Of a stretch of DNA of 36,756 nucleotides, positions 10,893 through 23,053 are shown piece by piece (within the stretch, counting starts at the first letter, position 1; each line of letters starts with the position of its first letter). Under the pieces are notes generated by a model. That model worked only from the letters and a program-made list of their open reading frames with translations, was not told the origin of the DNA and searched no databases. This stretch comes from Octopus bimaculoides (taxonomy: Eukaryota): positions 38,873,276 to 38,910,031 of the forward strand of contig NC_068991.1 in NCBI RefSeq assembly GCF_001194135.2. The letters are read 5' to 3'. The position numbers and the translations under genes were made by a program.

Positions 10893-12309
10893 GTAAGTAT
10901 GTTAATTAGGATTCTTTTTATGATCTTCCAGTTTACTTTTGTTTTCAGAAAGACTCTTTTAACTCCCTGCTAGCCAGCACTATGTCAAGCCATGCAACCC
11001 ATGCCAGTTAAATGATGAAGATAATGTGCACTTATGTCAACCTGATGGTAAAATATATGCCCTTGTTACTTGCACATCCACCAGAAGATACATTCCTCAT
11101 TTCTTTCCTGCTTTCAAACATCTTCCACATTCAGTCCCATGTTTCAGTACTGTGCTACAGCACATTATGTACACAAGCATCATACAATCTACCTTTCATT
11201 CAAATAGTGAACTCCTCTGTTGCCAACTAAGATATTAGCTCACTCAACTTCCACCATGGCTACTAGGGCCATGCTTTTAGGGCACCCACCTCCACTGCTA
11301 ATTTGATCACAGAGATAACAGAAGTTACCAATACTTTGATGGAGCTTTCCTAGCCATTACTTTCAACTACTCTTGTGCATATGCTAAATATAGTCTTCCT
11401 TGTTTCTCTTGTGCACTCACAGTTTATATACACCATCTGGAATACTCACAGACATGCTCTGCAATTCCATGTTACGGCCTAGAAAACTGGAATAAACAGT
11501 AGCAAGCTGAGGACTGAGCCAGTTTCCTCACTGATCTTATTGGTCTCACCATCCTCGTAACTATTATTATTATTAAAGTGATGAGCTTTCAGAATCGTTA
11601 CCACGCTGGACAGCATTTCTTCTGATTTAACATTCTGAGTTCAAAGTTCAAATTCAGTTTTGCAATATTCCTGATATAAATTACCCAATCTACCTGCCCG
11701 TGACCTCACCATACTTTTTGGGGATTTCTACCTACTTCCTTTCTGCATATTAAGCATGGTAATTTCCTTACAAATAGTCCTTTTTCAGTTACTCTGTTAT
11801 GGCTTGGTGAACTACTGTTAATTTCCTACAGGCATTTGTTTAATTATAGTTTAACCTCATGAAGTCAAAACAAAGTTTCTTTTTGAAATAGCCATCACTA
11901 GTGGGAGGTATTAACCATCTCGACTATGCAATATCTTTGAAGTGGCAAGGGATAATATTAGCTACAGTTGTCATCATTTTGTTACTGAAGCCACTTCAAC
12001 TGCCACTGTTGTTGTTTAATCATCAAACAGCTCTAATTTAACTACCTCACAAATGTAACTAATCAGATGCTTCAGAGAAACTTGTTAATTTTGCATTTTG
12101 GTTATTTAAAGCTTTAATCTAGAGCTCATATTGAACGCACCACTTTGCAGTAGTGGATTCTGCAGTTTCACATTCCTTGCATGTTGTGCATTAAAATATG
12201 ATCAAATGCTTTGGTTATGACTATAAAGCAGAAAGCAAGCTGAGCTTAGTTCATTTCTGCAAGATTGACTATCCAAAACAGAATTTTAGTCAGGGAAGAT
12301 AAACCTAGA

Positions 12310-13090
12310 ATTAAAAGGCCTCAAGGTAACTTATCAAAGGCCAGGGTGTTCGTAGGAAAGAAGACAGGACCCAGGTATTATCTAGAAAATGGCCTTGCTT
12401 GAAATGCAGAAAAGAAATAGGTATAAATTCCAGATGATGTACAGAGTAAAAGCTATGGACAGACAAGAGATGTTATGGAATTACAGACCAACAGAGAAAG
12501 TAAGCTTCGTATGTGACAAGTGTACTGGAACAGTACTACAATATGCACACCAGAAATAGATCCTCTTAAATGCCAGGATAGCTCATTAGAAGTCAACAGT
12601 TTCTAGTATAGTAGCCAAGGTAAAAATGAGTTAAAAACAGTTCATGGAACTATTACCAAAGGTTTTTTTTTCTGAATAAAGGTCAGATTGAATAGTGCTT
12701 GTGATAGAACTGCAATGTTGCATGATAGTGAGATATGAACCTTGAGAAGATTAGAAAGATTTGAAACATGCATGTTCTGATAGATGTGTAATGTTGGTGT
12801 ACATGAATGTTTGAGAGCAAATGAACAAAACTAAAAATCAAGTATGATAGGAATCATGAGTAGTGTGCTAGAGAGGAGGCTGTTCTGGTACAGGCATGTT
12901 ATGTATATGGAGAATGGCTGCTTAGTGGAACTTGTAGAAGGAGACCAAAGAATACTTGGGATGAAATAGTGGAGGCTGACATGAAAATGCTGCATCCCAT
13001 GGAGGAAATAACAAAAGACTGATTGGCAATATGCAGTGCCACAGAAGACCTGTCCATCCATGGTAAAATACACCTTAACACAAGGATAGT
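12310..13090 (+). pseudogene. Degenerate RTE-type LINE fragment (RT C-terminal part with Cys-rich insert)
   Basis: Broken frames with KWPCLKCRKEIG, FVCDKCTG and MCNV, similar to FVCGRCSG at ~34990 and LRWMCNV at ~31315. Confidence 0.55.
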
Positions 13091-14009
13091 GTTTAAGAAG
13101 CTGTGATATATATTCCATCAAGCCTACCTTACCATCCTCTAATCTCAGGTCTTCTCCACTCACCCATGATCCAGTCTCTTCATCATTCATACTTCTTCCA
13201 TCTCATCTGTCATATTTGTTCCATTGTACTACCAACCAGCACATTCTCCTGGGTTAGCTCTATTGCCAACCAACACCTACTCTTGCCTTTATCTCACTTC
13301 TCACCCTTAAACCTCTGCGGTGCCTTCAACCTTCTCTCTATCACAGTGTTCTTGTTGCATCCACCTACTGCTCTCACTACTCTCTTTACATCCTTCCTAT
13401 CTGGGATGCTTTCTCTCCTCTTTCCCTTCCCTTCTATGGTACCCTCCAGCTTCTCTTGCCTTTAGTTACTCTTTCAAGACCATCCTAGTCTATTTCTCCC
13501 TTCCTGTCTTCTTTCCCTTATACCTTCCATCCATACCTCTCATGTTAGATATCCTTAGATCTCCCCTACACAACCCACCCTATCACCTTTCCATTCTGAT
13601 TCCACCTTCCTTTTTCTCAATAGCTCCTGACTTTAATCCTTCCCTTACCTCTCTGCCCATCCTGTTACTCTATCCACTACTACTCTATCACAACTATAAA
13701 TCTCTTCTCATTTTACTTTACTCTCCCTCAGTTATAGGGACCATATTAGGCTCTCACTAGTGCTGGTACTGCAAAAGAGCACCCAGTACACACTGAAACT
13801 AATTGCTTTTAAGAATGATATCTGGTCATAGAATCCATGCCAAAGACATTAGAGCATGACATTGTCTTCTGACTCGTTAGATCCCATTCAACTGTTTAAC
13901 CCATGTCAGTATGAAAGATGGATGTTAAATGGTGATATAATTTTTGTTGTTTATTTACTGTTAAATGTACCCCACTGGATGATAAATTCAAAATACATAC
14001 TCATATATA

Positions 14010-14207
14010 GGCGCAGGCCGAAATGCTTAGCGGTATTTCGTCTGCCTTTACGTTCTGAGTTCAAATTCCGCCGAGGTCGACTTTGCCTTTCATCCTTTCG
14101 GGGTCGATAAATTAAGTACCAGTTACGCACTGGGTCGATGTAATCGACTTAATCCCCTTGTTTGTCCCCTCTATGTTTAGCCTCTTGTGGGCAATAATGA
14201 AATAAGA
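14010..14207 (+). mobile_element. tRNA-derived SINE with Meta-domain-like centre
   Basis: B-box-like GAGTTCAAATTCC followed by GTCGACTTTGCCTTTCATCCTTTCGGGGTCGATAAATTAAGTACCAG. Degenerate relatives occur near 9790-9990, 11580-11660 and 23435-23610 (-). Confidence 0.65.
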
Positions 14208-14208
14208 A

Positions 14209-14532
14209 GCTTGCTTCCCAACTACATGATTTAGGGTTCAGCCCCACTGTGTGGCATCTTGGACAGGTGTGTTCTACTATCTGACCAAAGCCTTGTGAGT
14301 GGATTTGGTAGACAGAAACTGAAAGAAGCCTGTCATAATATATGTGTGTGTGTATGTCTTTGTTTGTCCCACAATCACCGCTTGACAACCGGTGATAACT
14401 TAGCAGTTTGGCAAAAGAGACTGATAGAATAAGTTCCAGACTTAAAAGAGAAATAAGTACCGAGGTCAATTCATTCAACTAAAAATTCTTCAAGGTGGTG
14501 CCCCAATCTAATGACTGAAACAAGTAAAAGAT
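14209..14532 (+). mobile_element. Second SINE family copy (CORE-like centre)
   Basis: ggttcagccccactgtgtggcatcttggacaggtg...gccttgtgagtggatttggtagac...gactgaaacaagtaaaagataa. The 3' half matches the reverse-strand copy at 27134-27302. Confidence 0.55.
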
Positions 14533-14720
14533 AATGCCCAGGCTGACCAATTACAAATCAGCTTACTTCCTGTGGTTGATTCACATATTTTTTCTCTTCT
14601 CCATGGGTGAGGCGGAAATGTTTAAAAATTATTTTAAAAGAAAATGAGATATGTTTGTATGCTGATACAAAGATTATGTTTACTTTTTATGTTAAAATGG
14701 ATTCTATTATTTTTTGACAG

Positions 14721-16744
14721 CTTATCCTCCCCGAACAAGTGTTTCCTTTGGTGACTCTGAGAGTTCATATAATCAAGAGTCACAGATCTCGATTTCAGAG
14801 AGTACCAGCAGTAACGAAAACGAAAATATGTCATCAAGTTGTGATGTTCAGGGAGTTGAGAGTGACAGTGTGATGTTACAAAGTCATGGAACCCCAAGAG
14901 ATATATCTGAAGAAAGTACATCACATTATACCAAACTGAGAGATAAATTTAAAGACAAGATATCACAACATAGCAATACTTACAGAGAAATGTCTAGTGA
15001 TATGACATCACAAAGCAATAACAGCAAACAGGTTATGTCCAACAACAAACTATCACAGCAGTATAACTCACATGAAGAAACCTTAGAAAGTGTAACATCA
15101 CATCATTGTAATAGCCAGAGTCACTCATTAGAAAATATGTCACAAAATTCCATTCCATGTGAATTCATGTTGCCCACTATGGCAGCAGAACAGATAAGAG
15201 ATATTTCCCCAAAACATGTAACTGAATTAACTCACATGTCACCAAAACCTGTATCCAGTAACCAGGGTAACATGTCACCAAAATATACAGAGAGTAATAA
15301 AGATATGTTAACTATGAAATCACCAAGAGATAAAGAAGACAAGGAAAAATTATTGTCTGATGCTCCATTAGAACAGTCAGAAGAAGAAAAATACAAAACC
15401 CCAGAAGGAAATGGAAATTATGTAAATTACCATCAAATGTCTCCAAACAATATCTATACTAAAAACTACACAGAACAAAATGAAGTGAAAAAAATTACAA
15501 GTCAAAACCAAAGTAAAGTTCTTGATCAGAAAGAGGCCACAGACAATCAAAGAGATACAAAGATTTATAAAGATCAACTAGTAAACCTCAGTCAAATTTT
15601 CAGGCCATTATATTATTTTGGTGGTAATAGCAGTCAGACAGATCCAGGTTCTATACAGCATATCATGAAAAAGTCATTTGATTCTAAAGATTCCAGTAAA
15701 AATATACCAGAGACAAAGCTTAATGTTGATGATAAATCCTCTGATTGCATTAGTGATGGTAAAAGCAAAGCTATAGCATTACAAGATGGACCTCTTTCAA
15801 ATAACAGTCATAGTTCTAGTTTTGATCATTCCGTTTGCAAGATTACTGAGAAGAGTAAAAGAATGTCTGAGACCTCTCCAAGTAAGAATAAGTCTGAAAT
15901 TCAGAGTTCAGCATCAAGTGGTGTTACCAAAAGTTTTTCTCTTGCCATGAATAAAGAAGTGACTTCTATGTTCAGTGTTGATGAAGATAATAATACAATA
16001 AATGAAAGTTTGAAGAGTGAAACAAGTTGCTCTATCCCAGAAGTAAGTGCAGGAGGCAATAATACTGGGAACATCTGTTGCATGTCTAAAGAAATTCCAT
16101 CTGATAAAACTGTTTCTCAGTCAATTCCTGCTTCTTCTCAACTGGGTAAACGAAAACATGAAACAATAGCTTCTTGTGATGATAATTGCAGTAATCACAA
16201 GAATGTTTGTGACGTTCAGTTGGTAAATAATGTGGAGTCTTTTATTTCTCATTCTACTGTTTTAGAAAATTGCACTGTTGAAGAAAAGCCGGTTAATCAA
16301 AATTCCCTTAAAAGTAAGCACAGGATAAATCTAGATTCTACAACTTCAGCACAATCAACATCTATTAATACGTCTCAGAGCAATTCAAATGGGGAAGTAT
16401 TGTGCAAAAGCAGGGAAGATAATCAACCAATAGAGAAAAGCTTGTCACAGACCACTATAGTCATTAGCGACTCTCAAAATAGTGAGTGGGATCCAGATTG
16501 TGAGAATAAAAATTTAAGTGAAAGTCAAGAAACAATGCCACCAAGTCCCTTTTCAATATCTTCAAGCTCTGAATCTTTGCTGTCACCAAAGACATTAGAG
16601 AGGATGTCATCGCTTCATAACAACTGTGATAATAATAATCTTCCTGTTAACTGCCACGATAACGTTACAAGTCCTCACAACTCATCTAGTCAGGATGAAG
16701 TCATAATTATTGAGAAAAAAATCCCACGTTTTGTAATAGACTAG
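14721..16744 (+). CDS. DCLRE1C: Artemis terminal exon, long disordered S/Q-rich regulatory tail
   Basis: Acceptor tttttgacag at 14711-14720. Phase 1 matches the previous exon. The ORF is uninterrupted for 2 kb to TAG 16742-16744, S/N/E/K-rich with about 16 SQ dipeptides, as expected for the single large last exon of Artemis. Confidence 0.85.
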
Positions 16745-16905
16745 TACTAATAAGGGAGAACTTTTGTTCTACAGTTAGGAAGTTTTTATGAGAATATAGT
16801 TTGGGAATTACTGTAACAATAATTTTTTTTAAAAACCTCCTTTATACTTAAAAACTGTATAAAGTAATTTTTACAAAGACTTTCAAATATATATATATAT
16901 ATATA

Positions 16906-17287
16906 CAGGTCGTTATCGACTTATGACCAATTGACTTTACGACAATTGGCACGCCAGCTTCCAGCAGCAATAATAAATAGTCCAGCTGAAATCTGATGGG
17001 TTTAATTTCTTAGAAATTAACCCATCTACGGATGATGTCAGCCAACAAATGCTTCTCCTAGGTTTGGTTATCGATTGTCACTGTATTGGATGACTATCCT
17101 GACATGGAGACATCGAGAACTGCTTAAGACTAACGCCAGTATAGTAGTATGATATAGAATGCTGTGTGTGACCTTTACCTGAAAATGTACCATAAGAATG
17201 TAAAAATATAAAACAAAGCCATGTAGGCCTATAGGCCAACTTACAATCAATCAGAACCAATTGTGGTTGGAAGTTGACGATGACCTG
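16906..17287. mobile_element. Tc1/mariner-superfamily (Tigger/pogo-like) MITE, 382 bp
   Basis: TA|CAGGTCGTTATCGACTT... and ...AAGTTGACGATGACCTG|TA: degenerate TIRs with a TA duplication. Confidence 0.65.
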
Positions 17288-17307
17288 TATTTCTTTTTTG
17301 TATCTGG

Positions 17308-18342
17308 TTTGCAAGATTCTTGATGTGAATTTGTGTGTTGAAGCATATTTTGTTGTATCTGGAGAGAGTAATTTTGTCTTTATGCCTTATTAACTAACAC
17401 ATTTACTGGTCTAATTTCCATTCAATTTGTTTATATATATTTTTTTCTTCCAGAATTTTCCTTACTTCTTGCAACCTTCTCAATAGTTGTTGACTGTCCG
17501 TTATTGGAGCTGTAGTCCTTTTGTTTATTTGTGCACATGTGTATGTATTCTACATATTCATTTTTGTGTGTACCTGTCTCCTTGTGTGTGCATGTTTGAA
17601 TGTGTCTATGTATGAGTTTGTGTGACTATGGATGTGTGTATCTGTGTGTGGAGTGTGTGTGTGTATATGGCCATGTTTCCATCTACTTTTGTGTGTGCTT
17701 GTCTGTCCATATCACCTCTGTACCTATCTATCTGTTTTCCTACATATCCATTTACCTATGTATGTATATTGTGGGTATCACTACTTTCTATGTGTATTTC
17801 CTATTTAGTACAGGTGATGTTTTGTTTATGAGGCCAACTTGACATCTGCATTTTATCCGAGTAACCGAAGAACCTATCACTCAGACAAATACAGGACTAC
17901 GTCCTCATAAATGAAACATCTCCCACACTAAATAGGAAATACATGTAGAAGGTAGCGATACTCAAATACATACATAGGTATATTTGTTAATAGGCTGTTA
18001 TGTGGGTGTATATATATATAGGTAGATATGTAGGAAAACAGATAGATAGGTACATAGGTAATACAGACAAGCATACACAGACACACATACAAAAACATGA
18101 ATATGCAAAATACGCACATGCACATAAACAAACAAAACGAACACAGCTCTGATTACAGTCAACAACTATGAGAAGATTGCAAGAAGCAATAAAAATTCTG
18201 GAAGAAAAAATATATATATAAATAAATAGAGTGGAAATTGAACTGGTGAATGTGTTAGTTAATAAGGTATAAACACAAAATTAATCTCCCCAGACACAGC
18301 AATATGTATACATAATGTCCCTCACACAAAATATCTTGCAAA
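17308..18342. repeat. ~1-kb fold-back element with two diverged ~500-bp inverted arms
   Basis: Arms share ccttattaactaacacatt, ttcttccagaatttt, tagttgttgactgt, gtacctatctatctgttttcctacatatc and atttcctatttagt in mirrored order around a ~69-nt loop (17834-17902). Confidence 0.85.
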
Positions 18343-19737
18343 ATATTTCTCTTTAAAACTATATCACTCCCACAACACTTGCTGGGTCCCTAACAAAAGT
18401 ATTTGGCTTAAAAAGATTTGGTTTCATAAGTTATAAATAGAAAGATACCCTATGACTTTTTCTATTTCTTACTTAGTTATTTTTCAACCCATTTACTTAA
18501 ATTTTAGACAATTTCAGGATAATCCCTGATGCTGAGAAGTCAAAATGAAACAAAGATACTATATATATATAAAGATATATATATATAAACAGTTCCTATG
18601 TAACTAAGTCCATCAGACTACTAACAGTTTCAATAAGTACAGCTCACTTCAGCAAAAAGCAGAAGCACTGACAAGTATTTGTTTCTTTCATTGCTGAATT
18701 CGGCTGTTCTTTTGAGCCAGGAAAAGCAACAGCAAACCAAATCAGTATATTCTTTGTAAGAAAATCAAGATTTCATAAGCTTTGTCATGACATGAAATCA
18801 ATAATTATAGATTATATACATACACGCACACCACACTTAATGTTTACATAACATGAGAATTCATGATCTGTTTTAAATGATTGCATGCAATGGATTACAC
18901 TGAATGAAATTAAAATATATATTTTTCTCTAAAATGTGTTTGTTAAATTTTATGTTGATTGATCTAGTGGGCATAAGTGATGTTCTATCTTTGGATAGAA
19001 CCAGCATATGCTTTTCATTTATAACCATATACAACTCTCAGGAAACGTTCCTTCTTTTTTACAATAAGTGAAATTACAGCAAATACCTCAATTTCAAAAA
19101 TGTAAATTAAATCCATCTTACTTTTGATCATGCTAATACACGGAGACAGTGTAGAGAACACAGTATGGATACCACCAATTTTTATTCTTGAAATAATGAT
19201 TTTTGATTTTTGTAATATAATTATGATGACCTGAAAGTTAGTAACCAAACCTATGGCAACCTGCTATTATGTGAAGGAAACCCCATTGCAAGAATCACTT
19301 GCTTATATGCTCCTATCTTGGGTAGATGAGAAAGGCTACTAATTATTTGGTTATTGGTAACAGATTGTACATCCAATGGAATAACTATGGACCAAAGATA
19401 CGGTTTTAGTGACAAACTGAGATCTTTGGGAACCTGTAGTTAATGTTAGCACTTCTACAAGTTTTTTGAAATGATGATGGTACAGTAAGGACATCAGAAC
19501 CTGAATAAAGGCTCATGACTGCAATCACAGTTTACAAATGTATGTGCATCACACCTGTAACATTTAAACACACAAAGATGAACTATACATTCCTGCTTTA
19601 ACATACTTTTACTCAAAAACTTTTGAATGCTTTGTTGTTTGCTAAGAACCATTACAATCCATACATGGTAGCCACTCTATCAACACTATATTTTCAGTTA
19701 GTGCCCTTTGTAGCGCATTGACCGAAAATGTCGATGG

Positions 19738-19821
19738 TTTATTTACAACCAAACTTAAAAGATTTGATGACTGGGGCAAAATTATTATATTCAAGAAATC
19801 TTAGTGAGAATGAAGTTTATT
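19738..19821 (-). promoter_or_regulatory. Candidate PSMA6 polyadenylation signals (two AATAAA)
   Basis: TTTATT on the + strand at 19816-19821 and 19738-19743, shortly downstream of the PSMA6 stop on the - strand. Confidence 0.5.
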
Positions 19822-19857
19822 TGAACAAAATGGATTATTACAGTTTCAGTGTTTCAA

Positions 19858-19915
19858 TCAGTCTTTCTCTGCTATGGCAACAAGGTGGGCTTCTATCTCA
19901 GATTCTTTTAATGTT
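19858..19915 (-). CDS. PSMA6: Proteasome subunit alpha type-6 (alpha1), last coding exon
   Basis: Minus-strand acceptor (T)n-gtag. (R)TLKESEIEAHLVAIAEKD-stop TGA matches the PSMA6 C-terminus ILTEAEIDAHLVALAERD. Confidence 0.95.
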
Positions 19916-21557
19916 CTACAAAAAAAAAAAGAAAAAGGAGATAAGAACAAAGCATTATATGAGAGAGTGCTACACCTATAACAGACCGTTTCAACATGAA
20001 ACAACTAACCACCAGCTCTTGTGATTAAATTACAACCTTCCATCATAATGTTTCGTTAAGTTGTGTCTAATAACAACAGTTTCTATCTACCAAATTCATT
20101 TACAAAGCTTTAGTTGGCCTCAGGATATAACAGAAGACACTTGCCCAATGTGCTGCAGAGTTGGACTGAATCCAAAAGCACCTGGTTGCAAAGCAAACTT
20201 CTTAATCACAGCTATGCCCATACATATAATGTAACAATATAAATGTGCAAACATGGTCTTGTTTATAAGAAGTTTGCTTTGCAGCCATGTGCTTTCAGTC
20301 ATTCTCACTGCATAGCACTGAGGATAAGGATCTTCTACTTAAGAATTAGTGAAATTGGTAGATGGAGAAGGTCATACGTTTATTTAATGCCTGTTTTTCC
20401 ATGTTAACATGGGTTGGACGGGGACTTATTTGAAGCAGAATTTTACAGCCAGATGCACTTCCTGTTGCAAACTCTTATCTGTATTTCAAGTAAGGAGATT
20501 TTCTTTTTTGCTTACAGGTTTTCAAAAGCTTAGAGCAAGTGGTAATAATGTCAACAAGGAATGTAAATATATCATCACTCAGGCAGTGACAAGCAATACT
20601 GTAGAATGTTAGTATGTGCACATGACAAATAACTATACATTGTGAACTGGGTTCATTTATTTTGTGACATCAACACTAGCAAGGTTAGCTTGTAGTTTGT
20701 AAGAGTAAAGAATCCTATTTAAAAATGACTGGACACATAAAATGTCTTGAAAAATACAGATGGAGTGCCTTAGATCAGAATTCTGTCTTTCAAGGCTGAT
20801 TTAGATTAAAAAATAACAGTGTAACACGATTTTTGTCCTTGGGAAGCAACTGTTATTTCATATTTGCTTACTCCACAAAAGTATGAAAAGTGCCTAATAT
20901 TTCCTTCAAACTTTTGCTTTTTGTTAAATTTATTCAAATCCGAAACAATCCCTCTCAAAACATGGCTATGATACCCCTCACACTATTCTTGTTCATCATC
21001 AGAGGTGCACATATTATCAGTCACAAAGAGACATGCTCAAGCAGTTAAGGTCAAGCAACTGACCAGCAAATCTATGGCATTGAGCAGAATATTTGCTATA
21101 ACAATATTTCTGCTTCAGCAATTAAGCACTGAATCTGTCTGAAATGTTCTGGCAAATAGATCAGAGATTCAAAACATTGATATCCAGGTCATAAAAGCAA
21201 AGTTTGAAGGGAATAAGTAGTCATTTCCTTTGATTTCTACATAAAAGCGAAAAGAAAATAACTTTTATTAACCAAAGAAAAAAAAAAGTAAAAATTTTGT
21301 TACACAGTGTATGTAATTCCAGACATGTATGTCAACCATTTATAATTGTGTGCACAATTCTTTGCTGTAGCTATATTTAAAAGAGACTAACTGAAGGTAT
21401 ATAAATCACTAATATCTTCAGCAACAACAAACATTCTCTAAAAATTTAAATTTAAAAGATTAAGAGTTCTATAATTACTTTTATGTAATTTTTTAGACCA
21501 CAGCATGACTATTTTTTAAAAATTTAGAATCTATTCAGTACAATAATGAATTATTAC

Positions 21558-21652
21558 CTGAATTTTGGATTATCTACAGTAACAAGACCAACTTCAATCT
21601 CTGTAGGTTTAAAGTCGGCAGAAAGAATTGTTGATAAACAGGAAATAGCCAC
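21558..21652 (-). CDS. PSMA6: PSMA6 coding exon
   Basis: tttcctag / gtaata boundaries, 95 nt. [31 protein letters not shown](R). Confidence 0.96.
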
Positions 21653-22874
21653 CTAGGAAAAGGAAAATATATCATATAAACACACACATTAATATATACT
21701 TATTTCCACGGAAGTATTTACAAAACAGAAACAGAAGTGTTTAGTTTCTTGTGCAAAACTGCTAAAACATCAACCTCAGTTAAAAAGTAGGTAGATGTTG
21801 CCCACAATCTAATGGAACAGCAGAAGAAAGATAAAAGATATTTGGGATCTACCAACAAAGAGTTTTACTCTTCATATGAAAGGTAGATTATGTGTACAAA
21901 TGTGGAGAGAAACAAGGTGAATATGAATGTCAATTTGCATGAAAGGATGAGAGTTGAAAGAATGGCTAGGTATTAAAGGTATCAGCAAATGTGTGGAAGA
22001 GAGAGTCAACTACTGGTATAGTCAAGTGAATCCAAATGAAAGACATTTTGGCCATATACTGAATTGTAAACCCACCTAATTAAAACCAGCAGAGAAAATG
22101 GAGAGTAAACTATTGGTGATGATATAATAAACACACACATGTAACATATTGATTAGGTGACTTATTGAACAATTCTTAGAAACAGTTGGAGGAAAACAAT
22201 CGAAGTTGATTTCAGATTTGATGACAACTTTGTCTCTTTGCCACAACACTCACTAAGACTCTGTTGTTCTTCCTCTAAGCCTTGAAAATAAAAATCAAGT
22301 TGTCCACAGTACTCCAGATATTTAAGGGACTACCAATTTAGTGATTTCTATAGCATACAGTGTGTTCTACAACCTACAGAGCCACACAAATACCACACTG
22401 CAGTATAACATACATAGACATATACAAATCAAAAGCTTCACTCAAGTCCCAAGTGAAATTATAACACACTGCCATCATGAAAACAGTCGATCTGGGTACT
22501 CTAGATCATATCTGTACCAAATGTAAGCTAGCATAAAAAGAGCCCATTATTCCAGACCCCTTTTTACTCTCACTACTATTTTCAATATATAGCTTTCTGT
22601 CTCATATTTTATCCACCACCAGGTAATGTTAGAAATGGTCAGCGTACAACTGTATTGCATCCTGAACATTTTATAGATGAAATACATAATTAGTAACTGG
22701 ATTATTTTGTACAGTTTTTATCAGATTTAATATTAATTTTCGTTGTATTATATCCACACCAACATGGAAACGTCTGTACGCCCACATATATACTTTAATT
22801 ACAAATATGCATAGTTGATACAAAATGATGTTCCCAATGTCAACATAGATAGTTACACAAAACATAACTATTAC

Positions 22875-23053
22875 CTCTACAGCTTCTGATTTTGTGAAGT
22901 CCTGCTTCTTTTTAACTTTTTTCTCAAGGTAATTATTAGCTTCCAACTGTTTAACTCCAGCTGCAGTAGCTTTGTAACCCGAATAATAACCTGCTGGGTC
23001 AGTTTTGTACACTTGAGGGCCTTTCTCATCATCAATGCCAATCAGGATGATAC
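22875..23053 (-). CDS. PSMA6: PSMA6 coding exon
   Basis: tttcctag / gtaata boundaries, 179 nt. (C)[59 protein letters not shown]. Confidence 0.97.

Noticed and set aside
13103-13760. Long S/L/P/F-rich ORFs
   Set aside because: Low-complexity pyrimidine-rich sequence with few stops by composition; no recognisable domain.
18526-18551. CTGATGCTGAG...GAAAC, a hammerhead-like spacing
   Set aside because: The core is CUGAUGC rather than CUGANGA, and no convincing stem II or stem I is present.
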